From Chrysemys picta bellii (taxonomy: Eukaryota), in assembly GCF_011386835.1 (NCBI RefSeq), contig NC_088800.1, positions 2,294,001 to 2,358,000 of the forward strand: DNA of 64,000 nucleotides, given 5' to 3'. Under the pieces are notes generated by a model that did no database searches, had not been told where the DNA came from, and was given only the letters and a program-made list of their open reading frames with translations. Positions within the stretch are counted from its first letter, which is position 1, and each line of letters starts with the position of its first letter. A program made the position numbers and the translations under genes. Of the stretch, positions 22,303 through 35,075 are shown piece after piece.

Positions 22303-23719
22303 CTGGCGACAGAGAGAGGCAGCAAACACGGGTTCAGTTTGGCAAGCAGGGCCCTCACTGAAAATGGCTTTGGCGTGTCAAGAGCTGAGTGTTTGAGCTG
22401 CACACCTGCAGGTAGCTGTTACAATCAGCCCCCTTGACAGGGGGCTCGAGGCATGGAATGTTATAATGAAGTGGCCTCGGAATGAAATGATTTGGGCCTC
22501 AGGTCAGCAGATGTCAGGTTAGATTGCAGCGCTCCAAGACACACATGCACAACACTTATCATAAAGTACGAACAACCAGTGCCTTTGTCTGAGCTTTCCC
22601 TTTGTTAGCCAGTCTGCCGGCAGCTCCCTCCCTCAACTCCCTAATTTAAATCAACCAAAAAAGTAGCCTCTAAAAATAAAAAATGAAAGATGATAACGCT
22701 GACTATGTAGGAGGAATAAAATGAACTCCCGACAATACAGCCTTTAAAATGGTAAGCTACAAAAACATCAGTCAGGCACTGGCGTAGTGTGGTTTTTATT
22801 CTCTTGTTTCATTAACCCCCAGGTGTTTGGCCATTAAAAATCCATTGCTAACAGGCCTTCATATAACCTGACTTACTAAGAAGAAAAGAAAAAATCCTTA
22901 AAAATTAAATGACTTGAAAAGTCTGTTTCTGCAGTTTGTCCGTGATGCCCGCCCAGAATCTTTCATATCGTTCATGAAACTCACAAATTGTCAACTTTCT
23001 GCTAGCAGTCATTTCATTATGCTCCCTCTCTCACTCATCTGCACTGGACCAGCTTGTTGGCGGAACAATGCTTGCATTGTCCATGGATGTGAAATGGGCA
23101 GGAGGAAACCCAATACGCGATATGTTATCACGATCAGATTTCTGGAACTGCACAGTGCTGGAAAAGAATCCTGGATACACATCTCCCACTGGTAGGTGCA
23201 GCGTGGAGGTGAAGGGTTAGAAATAGTACCAATCCACCCAGGGCACTGAGTCTCTAAAGTAAAAAACACAGCAGGCAATGCAAGATTTTCCCCAGGGAAG
23301 CAGGATGTGTTATCTGTTTGGCTGGAATGAGATAAATTCTTAGATTCTGACTTTAGATCCAATCTAGGGCACTCCAAGCAGAAACCTATAGATCAATAGT
23401 AGAAAGATCTTGTAAATGTGTAGCTGTCAAAAAAAAAAAAGCAAGCAAGAAAGAAATGTGTCAGATTATATTTTGCCAACTCACTTTCAAAGCTCAGGGT
23501 GGTCAGGTAATAACACAGAATAAGCAAGGACATTTAAGTTCCCTGGTCCCTTGAATACAGTAGGTATTTAAACAAATCAGAGTTTGCTCAATAATGTAAA
23601 ATGAATATAATTTGCCTCATTACACTTTAACCTTCACTCTGAGTGAAACTTCACATTCCATGTGTTCTGTTAATCCATTCCGAAAGAGTGAAGCATACAT
23701 TTCTCAGTCTAGCGGACTT

Positions 23720-23800
23720 TTCATACAAGTGTAGGACTGGAAGGGACCTCAACAGGTCATCTAGTCCAGTCCCCTGCACTCCAGGCAGGACAAAGTATTG
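23720..23800 (-). mobile_element. CR1/SINE 3' tail fragment
   Basis: ggactggaagggacctcaacaggtcatctagtccagtcccctgcac. Confidence 0.7.
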
Positions 23801-24711
23801 TATTTCACTTTAAGGAAAACAAGGAAGAAAGAGCAAATCTCAAGTCTCCAGGAGAGAATAAATACCTGTATTGTGGCTCACTCGGTTACAGTCTGTATCT
23901 GCACGCCGCCCATGTGGTAGCTGCCTCACAGTTGCCTCTGCAGCAGTCAGAGAGGCCATTCTACTTTAAAGTTCCAGCACACAAAGAAGTGGACTGCTAC
24001 TCTCTTTTTTTAATTGCACAATGTGCAGGTTTTGCTAATGGAAAAGCTCTCTGCAATGTGGTTTAGCAATCAGGTAAATTACACACAGCCTCTTCTGGCT
24101 GGAGTGCATAAACTGACTCTCTCAATGCAGAGCATTTCTGAACAGTAGAGCCTCAGAAACAATGTAGGTAGCATGATCTATACCTGCCACCATCTCCATT
24201 GGAGCCCCGGGGATAGGCTCCCCATGTCATGCATCTGGGGCAGTAATAAGGGTATTTCTGTAACATAGTGTAATTATGATAAGAACTCCAATGGGAGAGT
24301 GCAAGTTTCCCTACATGAAATCCTGGCCCCACTGAAGTCAATGGGAGTGTTGCTTAATTTTTCAGACCCTCCAGCTTATTTTAACACAATTGCTTGCACG
24401 AACAAACATGTATCTATCCACTTACTCATAACCTTGACTAGCTAAAATAGGAAGCATCTGGTGAAAGGATAAGAAAGATCCCCTGCTGACTCTTCCTGCA
24501 ATGGGCATGTTGTTCATTATTACCGATGACAACATTGTGTATGACAAACTTCATTTCCTTTCGATTATAAACAAGTTGAAACATTAAAAAAAAACAAAAC
24601 CCAGCTGTGAACCAATCTCTCTGCAGGTGGAGGGAGCTCACCATTCAAGGAGCTGGAGGGTTTCTCAACTTGCAATCATTGATAGTTTTTGATCCTTTGT
24701 ACATATTATTT

Positions 24712-25273
24712 CACAAGAAGTAATTCTTCCGCTCTACTCCACGCTGATTAGGCCTCAGCTGGAGTATTATTGTGTCCAGTTCTGGATGCCACATTTCAGG
24801 AATGATGTGGATAAATTGGAGAAAGTCCAGAGAAGAGCAATAAAAGTTATTAAAGGTCTAGAACACATGACCTATGAGGGAAGATTGAAAAAATTGGGTT
24901 TGTTTTGTCTGGAGAAGAGAAGACTGAGAGGGGACAGGATAACAGTTTTCAAGTACATAAAAGGTTGTTATAAGGAGGAGGGAGAAAAATGGTTCTCCTT
25001 AACCTCTGAGGATAGGACAAGAAACAATGGACTTAAATTGCAACAAGAGAGGTTTAGGTTGGAGATTAGGAAAAACTTCCTAACTGTCAGGGTGGTTAAG
25101 CATTGGAATAAATTGCCCAGGGAGGTTGTGGAATCTCCATCTTTGGAGATTTTAAAGAGCAGGTTAGACAAACACCTGTCAGGGATGGTCTGACAATACT
25201 TAGTCCTGCCATGAGTGGACGGGACTGGACTAGATGACCTCTTGAGGTCCCTTCCACGCCTATGATTCTATGA
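24712..25273 (+). mobile_element. CR1 LINE 3' fragment (young)
   Basis: Uninterrupted ORF2 C-terminus PHFRNDVDKLEKVQRRA...HWNKLPREVVESPSLEILKSRLDKHLSGMV*, 3' UTR and (ATTCTATG)-type tail. Confidence 0.95.
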
Positions 25274-25339
25274 ACATCTGCCTTTGTATACACAACCCGA
25301 AACGGCACCAGCCTTTCCTCCATCCATATTCTATTTCAA

Positions 25340-25545
25340 CCTCATGTCTGGTTTTTTGCCCACTGTCACCTCTAACAATCTCAGCATCTTGACTTTCTAG
25401 GTGTCTCCCTTCTATCAAGATAAGAGTTTGGGGTTATTTCCCCCTAAATGTACAGTTTGCATGTTTCCTAGTTGAGTTTCAATTTATTATTTTTCTGCCA
25501 GTGCATCCGATTCCTCTAAACTGGCTCACAATCATTTTGCTGCTT
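25340..25545 (-). mobile_element. Old CR1 RT-region fragment
   Basis: ttatttccccctaaatgtacagtttgcatg...ttgagtttcaat resembles antisense CR1 ORF2; approximate. Confidence 0.45.
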
Positions 25546-26774
25546 CTATTTGTTTATGCAGAACTAGCACACTCAAGAACATTGACTAGTTGAGTGGCTT
25601 TTTCCTCGATGAAAAATCTTTGTGTTCAAAACTAGCTAAGGACCCCAGTATCTGGTAGGTGAGCAGACAGCTCAGTTTATCATGGGAGCTGTGTGCCAGC
25701 CCCCCGTGTATTGACGGATTTGCTAATCTCACCAATAAGCATCTATATACGCCAGTGTGAGACCGTGAAGTGACCGGTGCTCTGCTGAGTTACACCAGAT
25801 GAGCACCCCTCCCTCAGTCACCTACGCTAGATTCTTCATGCAGCCTTGGTCGCCTCTGAAATGACAAAGGCCATGGCTCCCACAGTAAACGCTCGTTAGG
25901 CCCAGACCACAACTCCATAAACTGCAGGGAGTTTATAAAAATAAAAATCCCCAGTTCAACACCTGCTTGCTTTGTCCCCCAGCAGACAGCAGATTTCATT
26001 TCCTCGAGGGGGTGACCTTTGCCCTTCAGAGCAGGACCAGTGAATTTAATAGGATCACAAGATGGTGTCACACGTTTGCACAAGCAGTCCCATTAACAGC
26101 ATGGCCGGCTTAGCCTCTAACCCTAACCTCTTTCCTTAGCTGGGAAAGGGAGTAATTCATTACTACATGGGAACCAAAACAGAACGTACTGCAAGGTACA
26201 AGGGTCTGAAATTACTAGCAGGCGAGGATACTGTTTCAGAAAGGGGACTGTATATCAGTGTCGATGTTCCTTTCAGCCCCTTTTCCCAGAAGCTACGAGA
26301 ACCAGAAAGAAAGAACATGCTTTCTGACATGGAGACACTTCCTTGGTGTAAAAGAATAAATAAATCAGCAGTTCACTGTGCTCAGTAAGACCAGCCAGGG
26401 CTTTGGAGTCTTTCGGAGAAAGGCCTGGAGTGCAGAACAGCCAGGTGGGCAGGACAAAACACTGGTAAAAGTTGAAATGATCAACACACATTGCAGGGAA
26501 CGTTGTCATGCCCTTGTAGTGGCTGGTCATTTTCTGCTAGGTAAGCTCAGGGTGTGGAAATGGATCCAGGACTCTAGTGTTTGAGTCAGTGCAGCCTGGG
26601 TTGGTGATGGAAGCAAGGGATCTGGGAAGCACAAGGAGAAATCCACCTGCACTGGGCTGATAAGAAGCGGGTTAGATGTTCTGCGGGTGTAGCTATAGGG
26701 GGGACAGTTAAGAAGATGCTGGGTTTTAGTGATCATAGGTGAGAACAACAGACCAGTAAATAACTCCTCTGTGT

Positions 26775-26995
26775 TTCTATAGCATTTCCATTTGAGGAGC
26801 TCAAAGCACTTTACAAACACTCATCAATAGAGTCTCCCAAGACCTTTTAGTGCATGTGATTATTAGCTCCATTCTCCAGACAGGGAAGCTGAGGTTCAAG
26901 GAGGTTAAGTGATTTGTTCCAGAGCTGGAAACAGACACCAGGTCTCTTGACTCCCACTTCTGCCCTTGAACCACAGCCTCATCCTTCCTCTCTTC
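26775..26995 (-). mobile_element. MIR-like CORE-SINE
   Basis: ccattctccagacagggaagctgaggttcaaggaggttaagtgatttgttcc. Confidence 0.7.
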
Positions 26996-27660
26996 CTGTC
27001 TACGTCGAGAGTAGAAATGATGTCAAAAGCACTAGCTCGTCCAACCACTGAACTGCAGGGTAGGGATTAAACCACGTCAAGAACCCTTGCTAGACTCCAA
27101 GGTTACCTTAATCTCAACTAACTGCAATGAGCCTCATGGGTCTTCTCTGTGCCACAATGGCTGATGATCTATCTCTGCGTTTGAACAGTTCAGAGCCACA
27201 AGCCTGGTATAACAGACATGTTCTCTTTGCTAGCAAATTGCAGCCATTGCCACATTCACTCGGTGATGCCTCAGTGCTGGTATTTCTGACATCTGACTTG
27301 CGCCTTTCATCTCACCCATACTGGCCCGTGGCATTGCTGGGTGAATTAGGCAGGGAGGAGAGGCAGAGAATAGCTCCTTTGGACAGACAGAGTTTTATAC
27401 TCAACAGTGACAGAAAAGAAAATGATCTCCCTCGGTGAAGAGTCCAATGGAATTTACGAGAGACGAACCCAACAGGGGTCTGTAGAAATGATGCTAAGTA
27501 CATACAGGGCCAGGTCCTCAGTGTGTGTAAATAGGTGTAGCTCCACCGACCGACAATGAAGCGCTGCTGATTGACACCAGTGGTGGGCCACAGACTTTTA
27601 ATAGAGAATTATACCGTGTCCTTTCGATCAGTTTTTGAACCATCCTAAAAGAGAGTGAAA

Positions 27661-27855
27661 TAATAATAATAATCCCCAGCTCTTAGCTAGCACTTTTCAT
27701 CAGCAGAGCTCAAAACGTTTTACGAAGTATCAGGTCAGCATCGTTATCATGATCCACGTGTGACAGATGGGGAAACTGAGGCACAGAGCAGGGCTGTGAC
27801 TTGCCCAAGGTCACCCAGCAGGCCAGCAGCAGAGCCAGGAAGGAACCCAGGTCTT
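27661..27855 (-). mobile_element. MIR-like CORE-SINE
   Basis: gacagatggggaaactgaggcacagagcagggctgtgacttgcccaaggtcaccc; (TAA)n tail at 27661. Confidence 0.8.
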
Positions 27856-30247
27856 AATAAATTCTATAGGGCGGTTCAGAGAACCTACAGAAAGGCTGTC
27901 GTTTTCCGCTGCATTTTCTAGAGCTTTTCCACTCAGGTGGGATGAGAGCTCAGTGGGGTGTTAGAAGATGCTGTGGGCTAGATTCTGCTCTGGAGACCCA
28001 TCCAGCTGTCGGGGCATTTCATGCACAACGCCTCCAGGAGAAGCTGGTTTCTGGCTTGTTGTTTGAGAGGGTGCAGCTATGCTCTCCCTGGGAGGGGCCA
28101 GCTCGAGGAACCTTAGCTGGGCAAAGCTAATCACCTTGCTTTAAGCTCCCTCTGTTCCTCTGGGGGGGAGGAGGGGAATTTAGGGCTCTCAGTGGTGTTA
28201 GACTCATGTCATTGTGCTGCCAGAATGCAAGGGCTGGCATGGCCCCTGACCCCAGCTCATGGGAGGGGCTGGAGAAAGCAGAAAGTGCCTCTGTGCTAAC
28301 AGTTGTGCACAGAGGTGAGGTACGAGTGAGCCCTAGATAGTCGTATTATTTATCATTAATCATGTTTACTACAGTAGTGTCTACAGGTTAACCAGGAACG
28401 GGGCCCTGTTGTGTGGAAATGGCAGTGATTCTCAAAGCAGCGCTTTCAATTGTATAGCCTACCTCGGGGTCTCCGAATAAGCCCTCCCAGCCTAAGACAC
28501 CTACCACAAGCCGACTATAAGCAGTGGACTTGACCACTGTCCGAGTGAGCAGTGAAGATCTCACCCACGTGTCTGCTGTGAAACGCTAACCCCTCTGGTG
28601 GTAGTATTGTTACGGCTGAGCCGAGTGGAAACCGTCAGTACCCCACACTGGTGAGCTGCTGCGGTGTGTGACGGTGCTCAGGGCTCGCGCTTCGGTTCTG
28701 CTGCGGTTAGGGCCTATCTACAAGCTGGTCAAAAGCATCCAAGATTCCCTGCAAATAAGGAAGAGATGTGGAGGCTCATTTAATGTTTGAATGAGAACCA
28801 TACTCCAGGGACCCACTAGCATGCAGCCCTGACATCTCCCAGTTGGCAGGCTGGTAGCCTGTGTCTGTGATTGGATATGGGTTTTTTACAGCTGCACTTT
28901 TGGCAACAGTCTCAAAAAAAAAAAAAAAAAGTTTGACTGGCAAGAAACCAGCTCTTGCTTTCTTGGCACTCTCAGCGAATGGCTGAATCATCTGCGTCCA
29001 TTCGGCAGCGCTGGTGGGGAGAAGCAGCTAAGGATGAGCTCACGGTCCACAAGCTGCTGAGATACCGTGTTAATTCTTGCAGCACGCACTTCTGCCGTGC
29101 CTGTGGAGAGCTGTAACTAACGATAAGAACGAGTTTCTGTGAAGTAAGGAGGCAGAAGGAATTCCTGGACTCTGCTGAAAAGAGGAAACTCCCAGACTGC
29201 GTGGCTCAGCTTTGTCAGTGAGGATTTTCGGAGGGTATTTGGCGCTTGTGAAATGTGTGAGGCTGGCAGCTCCGGTGCCTGTTTATTTACAGAACAAGCA
29301 GAGCGCGAGCTTTCCCACAGCACTGGGCTTCGAACCTGAGCTGCAGGGGCCTTGTCCAGACGAGGGGAAGTTTGCACAAATTGTTGCTCTCGCTCCCCTT
29401 ACTGTGTGGCATGATGCTTCCAGCATCACGGTGGGCAGAGGAGAGCGTGGCTGCCATCACACTGCTGTTCCCTCTCCTGGGCGGGAGGTGGAGGTGTGGT
29501 GGGCAGGGGCGCAGCTGACATGCACAAGCCGAATGGGAAATAAGCTGTGCTGGGTGCATGACTGATGCAGCTTCCCCCATGCAGCAAGGGAAAGGAAGGG
29601 AGAAAACTGTGACCCCAAGTCATAGCTCAACCCTGCTCTGCTCCTGGATAGCACAACCAGGTGCTGCCCCTTCCCTGGGGCAGACGGTGACACTGCAGCC
29701 TAGCCCTTTGGCATTACATGGTAGTAACAAATGCCCTCTCAGACCCCCCCCCCCATCTACGATGGAAATCAATGGGCCTGATTCCGATTTCACCCCATTT
29801 TTACATCTCCATTGACTTCAACAGAGTGACTCCTGATTCACTCTGGGGTAAATAGGATCAGGATCAACTCAGTGGGTCAGGCTGGGTAGCTGTGACTCTA
29901 TATGACCATCTTCCATCTATTCTGAAACTTGATTAAGTAAAACAAACAAACAAGCAAATCCCATTGTGAAACGGGTTATAAATAAAAGCGCGTGAGCTAA
30001 GTTCTCTCTCTCTCATCTCAATCCTTTATCACACAGCAGTGTGCTATTTGGGGGACGAGTCCCAGCCCCGTGGAGATCCTGTGTAAAAACCTTGGAGTTT
30101 GAGACGTGCCAGGAACCCTCATGTTTCAGGGCCTAGGCCAACCTCTAACCGTTGGAGGCTAGGTAGAAATGTTCTCTGGGGATAAGTTATTACCTATCTA
30201 CTCAGGGCAGAGTTTCTTTGGCTGAAGCAGCTGGCACAGGCCACTAG

Positions 30248-30541
30248 CAGGGCCAGCTCCAGGCACCAGCGAAGGAAGCAGGTGCTTGGGGCGGCCAATA
30301 CAAAGGGCCTCCATCCGCTATTGGGGCAGCACGGCCAGGTCTTTGGTGGGAATTCGGCGGCGGGTCCCTCTGTCCCTCTCTTCCTGTTTGAGCTGCTGCC
30401 AAAGTGCTGCCAAAGAGGAAGAGAGGGAGCGAAGGACCCGCCGCCGAAGAATGGGGCGGCGCGATTGAGCTGCTGTCGATCGGCTTTTTTTCTTTTTTTT
30501 CCCCGCCGCTCAGGGCAGCAGAAAACCTGGAGCCGGCCCTG
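30248..30541. mobile_element. hAT MITE (CAGGGCCGGC family)
   Basis: TIRs CAGGGCCAGCTCCAGG / CCTGGAGCCGGCCCTG; TSD GCCACTAG / GCCAGTAG (7/8). Confidence 0.9.
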
Positions 30542-30620
30542 GCCAGTAGGTTCCATTAAGAATTAGGAGTTTGAGGGATAAAGTTTTCTCAGATGGCAAA
30601 AGCATCTTTGGACTGTTGGA

Positions 30621-30765
30621 NNNNNNNNNNNNNNNNNNNNNNNNNNNNNNNNNNNNNNNNNNNNNNNNNNNNNNNNNNNNNNNNNNNNNNNNNNNNNNNN
30701 NNNNNNNNNNNNNNNNNNNNNNNNNNNNNNNNNNNNNNNNNNNNNNNNNNNNNNNNNNNNNNNNN
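30621..30765. other. Assembly gap (145 N)
   Basis: Run of N characters. Confidence 1.
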
Positions 30766-32019
30766 CCAGTTAAAGATAATGGCAAAAATCTCCCAGGAAC
30801 TTCAGTGGGAGTAAGGATTGGGCCCTTTTATCTTTACATACTTGATCAGATACATAAAGAGAAATAACCACTTGGAAGTTCCAAAAATATTTACAAGCTG
30901 TGTGCCTCGTGCCCTATGCGATTACTGTCCATACATCTCAAGGTACCAGTCTCGGGGAGCTCTAAGAGATGGCTATGCAGACTTTTTAAACATTCTCAAC
31001 TGATCACAAGAACAATTCAGTTAGAAACAGATTTCTTAGAACCCACTGCAGGACAGGAAAAAATGTTTCTTTGGAGAATGAAGGTGCCTTGGTGTGTAAA
31101 ACATAAAATTCAGTTAAAAGAATGGAAATGGGTGAGCTCCCTGACAGAGCTGATCATTAAGGCGGGTTTAAATATTTCCTTTCAAAATAAAGAACGTGGG
31201 CTAGGCAGCATTTCAGCTTCTAATGACTTTCCACAGGGATTAGTGGACACACAAATGTTTTGTGTGTGAAGGACAAAGAAGAAAATCTTTCCACAAACTT
31301 TCCATGTACCCAGGTCACTGAATCTCTCTCTCTCAGAGCAGTGGGAAATGCTGACTATAATAATGTAATATAATCCAGAATGGCTTCTGAATAAGGCCAT
31401 CAGCAGTGCAGCGGTGGCTCCTACATTTGCAAACTGTGCACTCAAGTGTGAGCCGCTTTGCAAGGCAGCTACACAAAACCAGTGTTTTACATTCAGCTGC
31501 TAGACCACCGTTTTCATAATAGCCCCATGCTATGTCACCGCTCACCCTCAAAACTAATGAGAAAGGAAGATAATATGTCATTATAAAGCCAAAACCAAAA
31601 CAAGAGACAGATTCTTCTCATTTCTGTTTATGGAGTAAAATCAAAACAAAGTGTTCTGTTGCCTCTGAGAAGCTGGCGAGGAGATAGAGGACCACACACA
31701 CGTATACACACCTCAAAAGCTTCAACCTCCCAGGGGAGCCATGGGATCATAGGAAAGAAATCTAAAGTTCAAAGACATGTAGCAAAGTATATGCCTCTCT
31801 GCTGTATCTCTGTAACAAATACTTGAAAGTTTAACCTTCCTCATTTTGGACAAGTAGTTCTGTAAAACTCTCAGACAGCTGTACACCCCTTAGCCTCCCA
31901 CTCTTCTAACTGTGGAATAAATTGTCTCCATTATGCTGCCAGTTTGGAAACTCACTGGGACTTGTAGTTTACACGCAGCCTGACCAAGTGTCATTAATTG
32001 CTGGAGCTGTGTTTGTCCC

Positions 32020-32438
32020 AGGATATGAGAGAGACAAAGTAGGAGAGGTAATATTTTTTACTGGACCACCTTCTGTTGGTGGAAGGGACAAGCTTTAGAG
32101 CTTCAAAGAGCTCTTCTTCAAGTCTAGGGGAGGAAAACCGAGTGTCTGAGCTAAAGACAAGTTGGGACAGATTGTCAAGCTTAAGGGGTTTACCACGCTA
32201 TAGGAGACCATTTAAATTTAAAATGAAGTGGGCAATTAAGGGTTAGCAGAGAGTGGGGTGTGTTACAAAGAGTTGTGATGAGCCATAAAATCAGAGTCGC
32301 TGCTGAATCCATGGTTTATTGCATGAGTCTAGCAGAGCTGTGAATTTAAGTTCCCAGGCTTGTCTTTTGAAGGTGTTGTGTGGGTTCCTTTGGAGGATGA
32401 GGACTGAAAGGTCAGATGTGGGGTGATCACTTTGAATG
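32020..32438 (-). mobile_element. Penelope-like element 3' fragment (family 2)
   Basis: Minus translation QSDHPTSDLSVLILQRNPHNTFKRQAWELKFTALLDS resembles the PLE GIY-YIG C-terminus; pLTR end gaggtaatatttttta ctggacc. Confidence 0.8.
32086..32125 (-). pseudogene. Degenerate hammerhead ribozyme relic in a second Penelope family
   Basis: AGAC-UUGAAGA-A-GAGCU(CUUUGA)AGCUC-UAAA-GC-UU-GUCC; same architecture as 44570-44609 but with C3U and G12U core changes. Confidence 0.6.
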
Positions 32439-32781
32439 GGTGACAGGGTGTTTGGAAGTGGGTCCTGGCCTGGACCCCAGAGCAGAGGCTGGGACTGGGG
32501 TCTCCTGCCAGTCACAGGGAAGGGGGCCTACAAGGGTGGTGGAGCCCAGCAGGCGGAGCTGAGGAAAAGCCCCAGAAAGGGTGGAGGGATTTTTGTTTCC
32601 GTTAGAGACATTTTTAGACTTTTAGTTCGGGATGACTGGGACCCGGAAAGGGTGCACGAAAGCTGGTGTCCTGGCCGCAGGGCCGAGTTACTAGGCAGAG
32701 ACACAGTCCCAGTGCTGGCGTGACCATTGGCAGGGGGCGCTAGCCCAGCGAGAGGTCTGGCCGCGAGGGGGCACCATTACA
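32439..32781 (+). mobile_element. Solo-LTR-like segment
   Basis: (g)gtgacagggtg ... gggggcaccattaca with short terminal inverted ends and a GC-rich body resembling turtle LTRs; no TSD visible. Confidence 0.5.
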
Positions 32782-33742
32782 CACATCCTGAAACAGGCAG
32801 ACTGATCACCAGAGCGAAGGAGGAGAGCATAGAAGAAAGCTGTGGAGGGAATGGAAGGCAACCTGAGGGAAGAGTGACTGATGACCTGGCGTGCTGACTT
32901 TGGGGAGGGGACAGGCGAATCATGGATATAGATCAAGGAACAGCATGAGCCCTGCCCTGCATGCTTCAGGGATCTGCTGAATGAGGCATTTCCATGGAAT
33001 CTCTCAAGTCTGATCCTCTGCGAGTTGCCTGAAATTGTTTTTTTAAAGTAGTCTTGTGCAAACCCAAATACGGCAATTTTATGTTTGTTCAACTTCTTTA
33101 AAACTCTTTTGTCTGAATCAACCAGAAGGCCCTGAAACCTCCAGACAACCAGCATGGTAACAGGACACCAAGTTAAGAGGAAAAAGCTGATAAAGTGCAG
33201 ACTCCAAGCGCCTGAGCTCCACAGGGGGTCTGGTCTGGATATTTATGACCCCAGCAGCTGTTTCTGTGTTACAAACCCACTGAAACCTAAGGCCAAGGAG
33301 TTTCTGAGACAAATGTCAGCAAACTGTTCTGATGTGTATTTCCTAGGTTGTGATGTAAAATGTGGCCCAAATGAATTATTTTGTGTTGTTCCCTTTAAAC
33401 ATGATGTTTATAGAGATTTGGCCAGAACCGGCATGTTTCAGACCTATTTATTGGGGAGGTTACACTGTTCCTATGAGAACTGGACCTATTCTGGTACCTT
33501 AACTGTGACGGTAACCCCCAATGATTATGCAAATATTTTAGCGTGAGACAGTTCTGATCAGTGGACTAGCTAATCAAACTGATTTCAGATGGGATGTGCT
33601 GTACCAGAACTTTTTGCTTTCGATGTGCATGGAATACTTTACAAAAAATCACCTCTATTCCACTTACTATTGTAAAGCAGTGTGTGAGAGCAAAGCTACT
33701 GGCTTTAATCGTAACACGGCATGAAAAGGTCGACCAACTTAC

Positions 33743-33884
33743 CTGTCCCACATGTGGCAGTGCAGTTAGTCCAGGAGCCGTATCGCCAGAAAAACTCTGC
33801 GGGCTGAATCTCATTCTCCTGGTCAGACTCCCTTCGGATAGTGTACTGGTATCGAACTCCTGGGTTCGTCTCCTGGAACAACAG
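33743..33884 (-). CDS. ADAMTS7: ADAMTS7 coding exon (spacer end/TSR2 start)
   Basis: tcacag|CTG ... ACA G|gtaagt; 142 bp; LLFQETNPGVRYQYTIRRESDQENEIQPAEFFWRYGSWTNCTATCGT. Confidence 0.95.
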
Positions 33885-34059
33885 CTGTGAGGAGACAAAG
33901 TCACAGCTCATTCAGCAACGTCACCACTTTCTGTTGGCATTCATTGGGCTTTTCGGCATCTATGATAGGTCAAGACATTGCTATGCAGCAGCATAACATA
34001 CACAAACATACTTGCGCACAGTGATCTGGAGAGAGTCCTGTTCAATACACAAGGCCCTT

Positions 34060-34296
34060 GGCGTTGTCTACACAGCAAAGACAAACCTGCAGCTCGATGT
34101 GCCGGTTGACTTGGGCTTGTGGGGGCTGCCGGGCTGTTTCCTTGCTGTGTAAACTTCTGGGCTCGGGCTGAAGCACGAGCTCTAGGCCCCTGCAGCGTGG
34201 GAGGGTCTTTACATGCTGAAAAGCTCAACCAGAACATGCCGATTCTGGGCCAATACTTTGAGCGGAGCTACTTCATTGACACTGGTGTACATGAAC
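34060..34296. mobile_element. Harbinger-type MITE (related to the 19538 element)
   Basis: ggcgttgtctacac start; interior gggctcgggctgaagcacgagctctagg similar to 19640-19670. Confidence 0.55.
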
Positions 34297-34446
34297 TAGA
34301 GTGACCAGATGCCCCAATAGTATTGGGACCATCCTGCCATTAGGGCTTTGTCTTATATATGCAATTATACCTTCCCTCCCTCCCCCCCCCTCCCCCCCAC
34401 AAAAAAAAGTGTCCTGATTTTTCCCACTTGCTATCTGGTAACCCTA
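34297..34446. mobile_element. hAT MITE (same family as 669-792)
   Basis: TAGAGTGACCAGATG / TATCTGGTAACCCTA; TSD ACATGAAC / AAATGAAC (7/8). Confidence 0.8.
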
Positions 34447-34575
34447 AAATGAACTCAGAATCTGGCCTTTTGCCTCTTGTTCAGGGGATCACTGGCAACA
34501 AATCTGGCATTACTATAGAGATGTCATTCCATGGCTGCAGTAAAGGAAATGAGGAGGTGGGCCTGGATAATGCAT

Positions 34576-34680
34576 AAGCATAGGTTCAAAGGCCAGGAGG
34601 AACCATCATGATTATCTAGTTTGACCTCCTCTATAGCACGGGCCATACAATTTACCCAGCTGGCCAAGCGTAGCAAACTT
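34576..34680 (-). mobile_element. CR1 3' tail fragment
   Basis: aaggccaggaggaaccatcatgattatctagtttgacctcct. Confidence 0.6.
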
Positions 34681-34764
34681 ATTATACATTGATTCACACA
34701 GCACCTATTGCAAACAACAAAGTGCTTTCGAAAGTACAAAAATAAAGTGTTTATAAAGATCACT

Positions 34765-35075
34765 TCTCCTGCCCCACCACTGAGCTGCAGCCATCACAAT
34801 TACTCCAGCAACACTGCACAATAGCTTTAGAACAGGGGGAGAAAATTAGCAAATCCAAGTGAAGCAACAAGGAAGTTGCGGTAGGTGCAATGTAATTAAT
34901 CCAACGGAGACCTACTCACATCCATGGGCTCACACCTCTAGTTTTGTCTTCCCTCCTCCCCCATAAAAGTGCCATAGGACCTTTGATAAAACCAAAGCCC
35001 TGACAGTCTGGTTATGTTTTATCTGACAGACCTCACCCCCCCGCCCCCGGAACCCCAGTGCCTCCTAGCACCACA
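34765..35075 (-). mobile_element. AmnSINE1-like Deu-core/tail segment
   Basis: Minus strand ggtgctaggaggcactg...aaaggtcctatggcactttt...aattacattgcacctacc...gtgcagtgttgctg...atggctgcagctcagtggtgggg follows the recalled AmnSINE1 motif order. Confidence 0.6.

Noticed and set aside
24786-25193. 135-aa intact ORF
   Set aside because: C-terminus of CR1 ORF2 in a 5'-truncated LINE; not a host gene and lacks RT/endonuclease.
32691-33546. Divergent 154-aa (minus) and 130-aa (plus) ORFs, considered as a nested gene or endogenous viral element
   Set aside because: No motif or family I can recognise; lengths are within chance for 64 kb and one runs into LTR-like sequence. A BLASTP/HHpred hit would reopen this.
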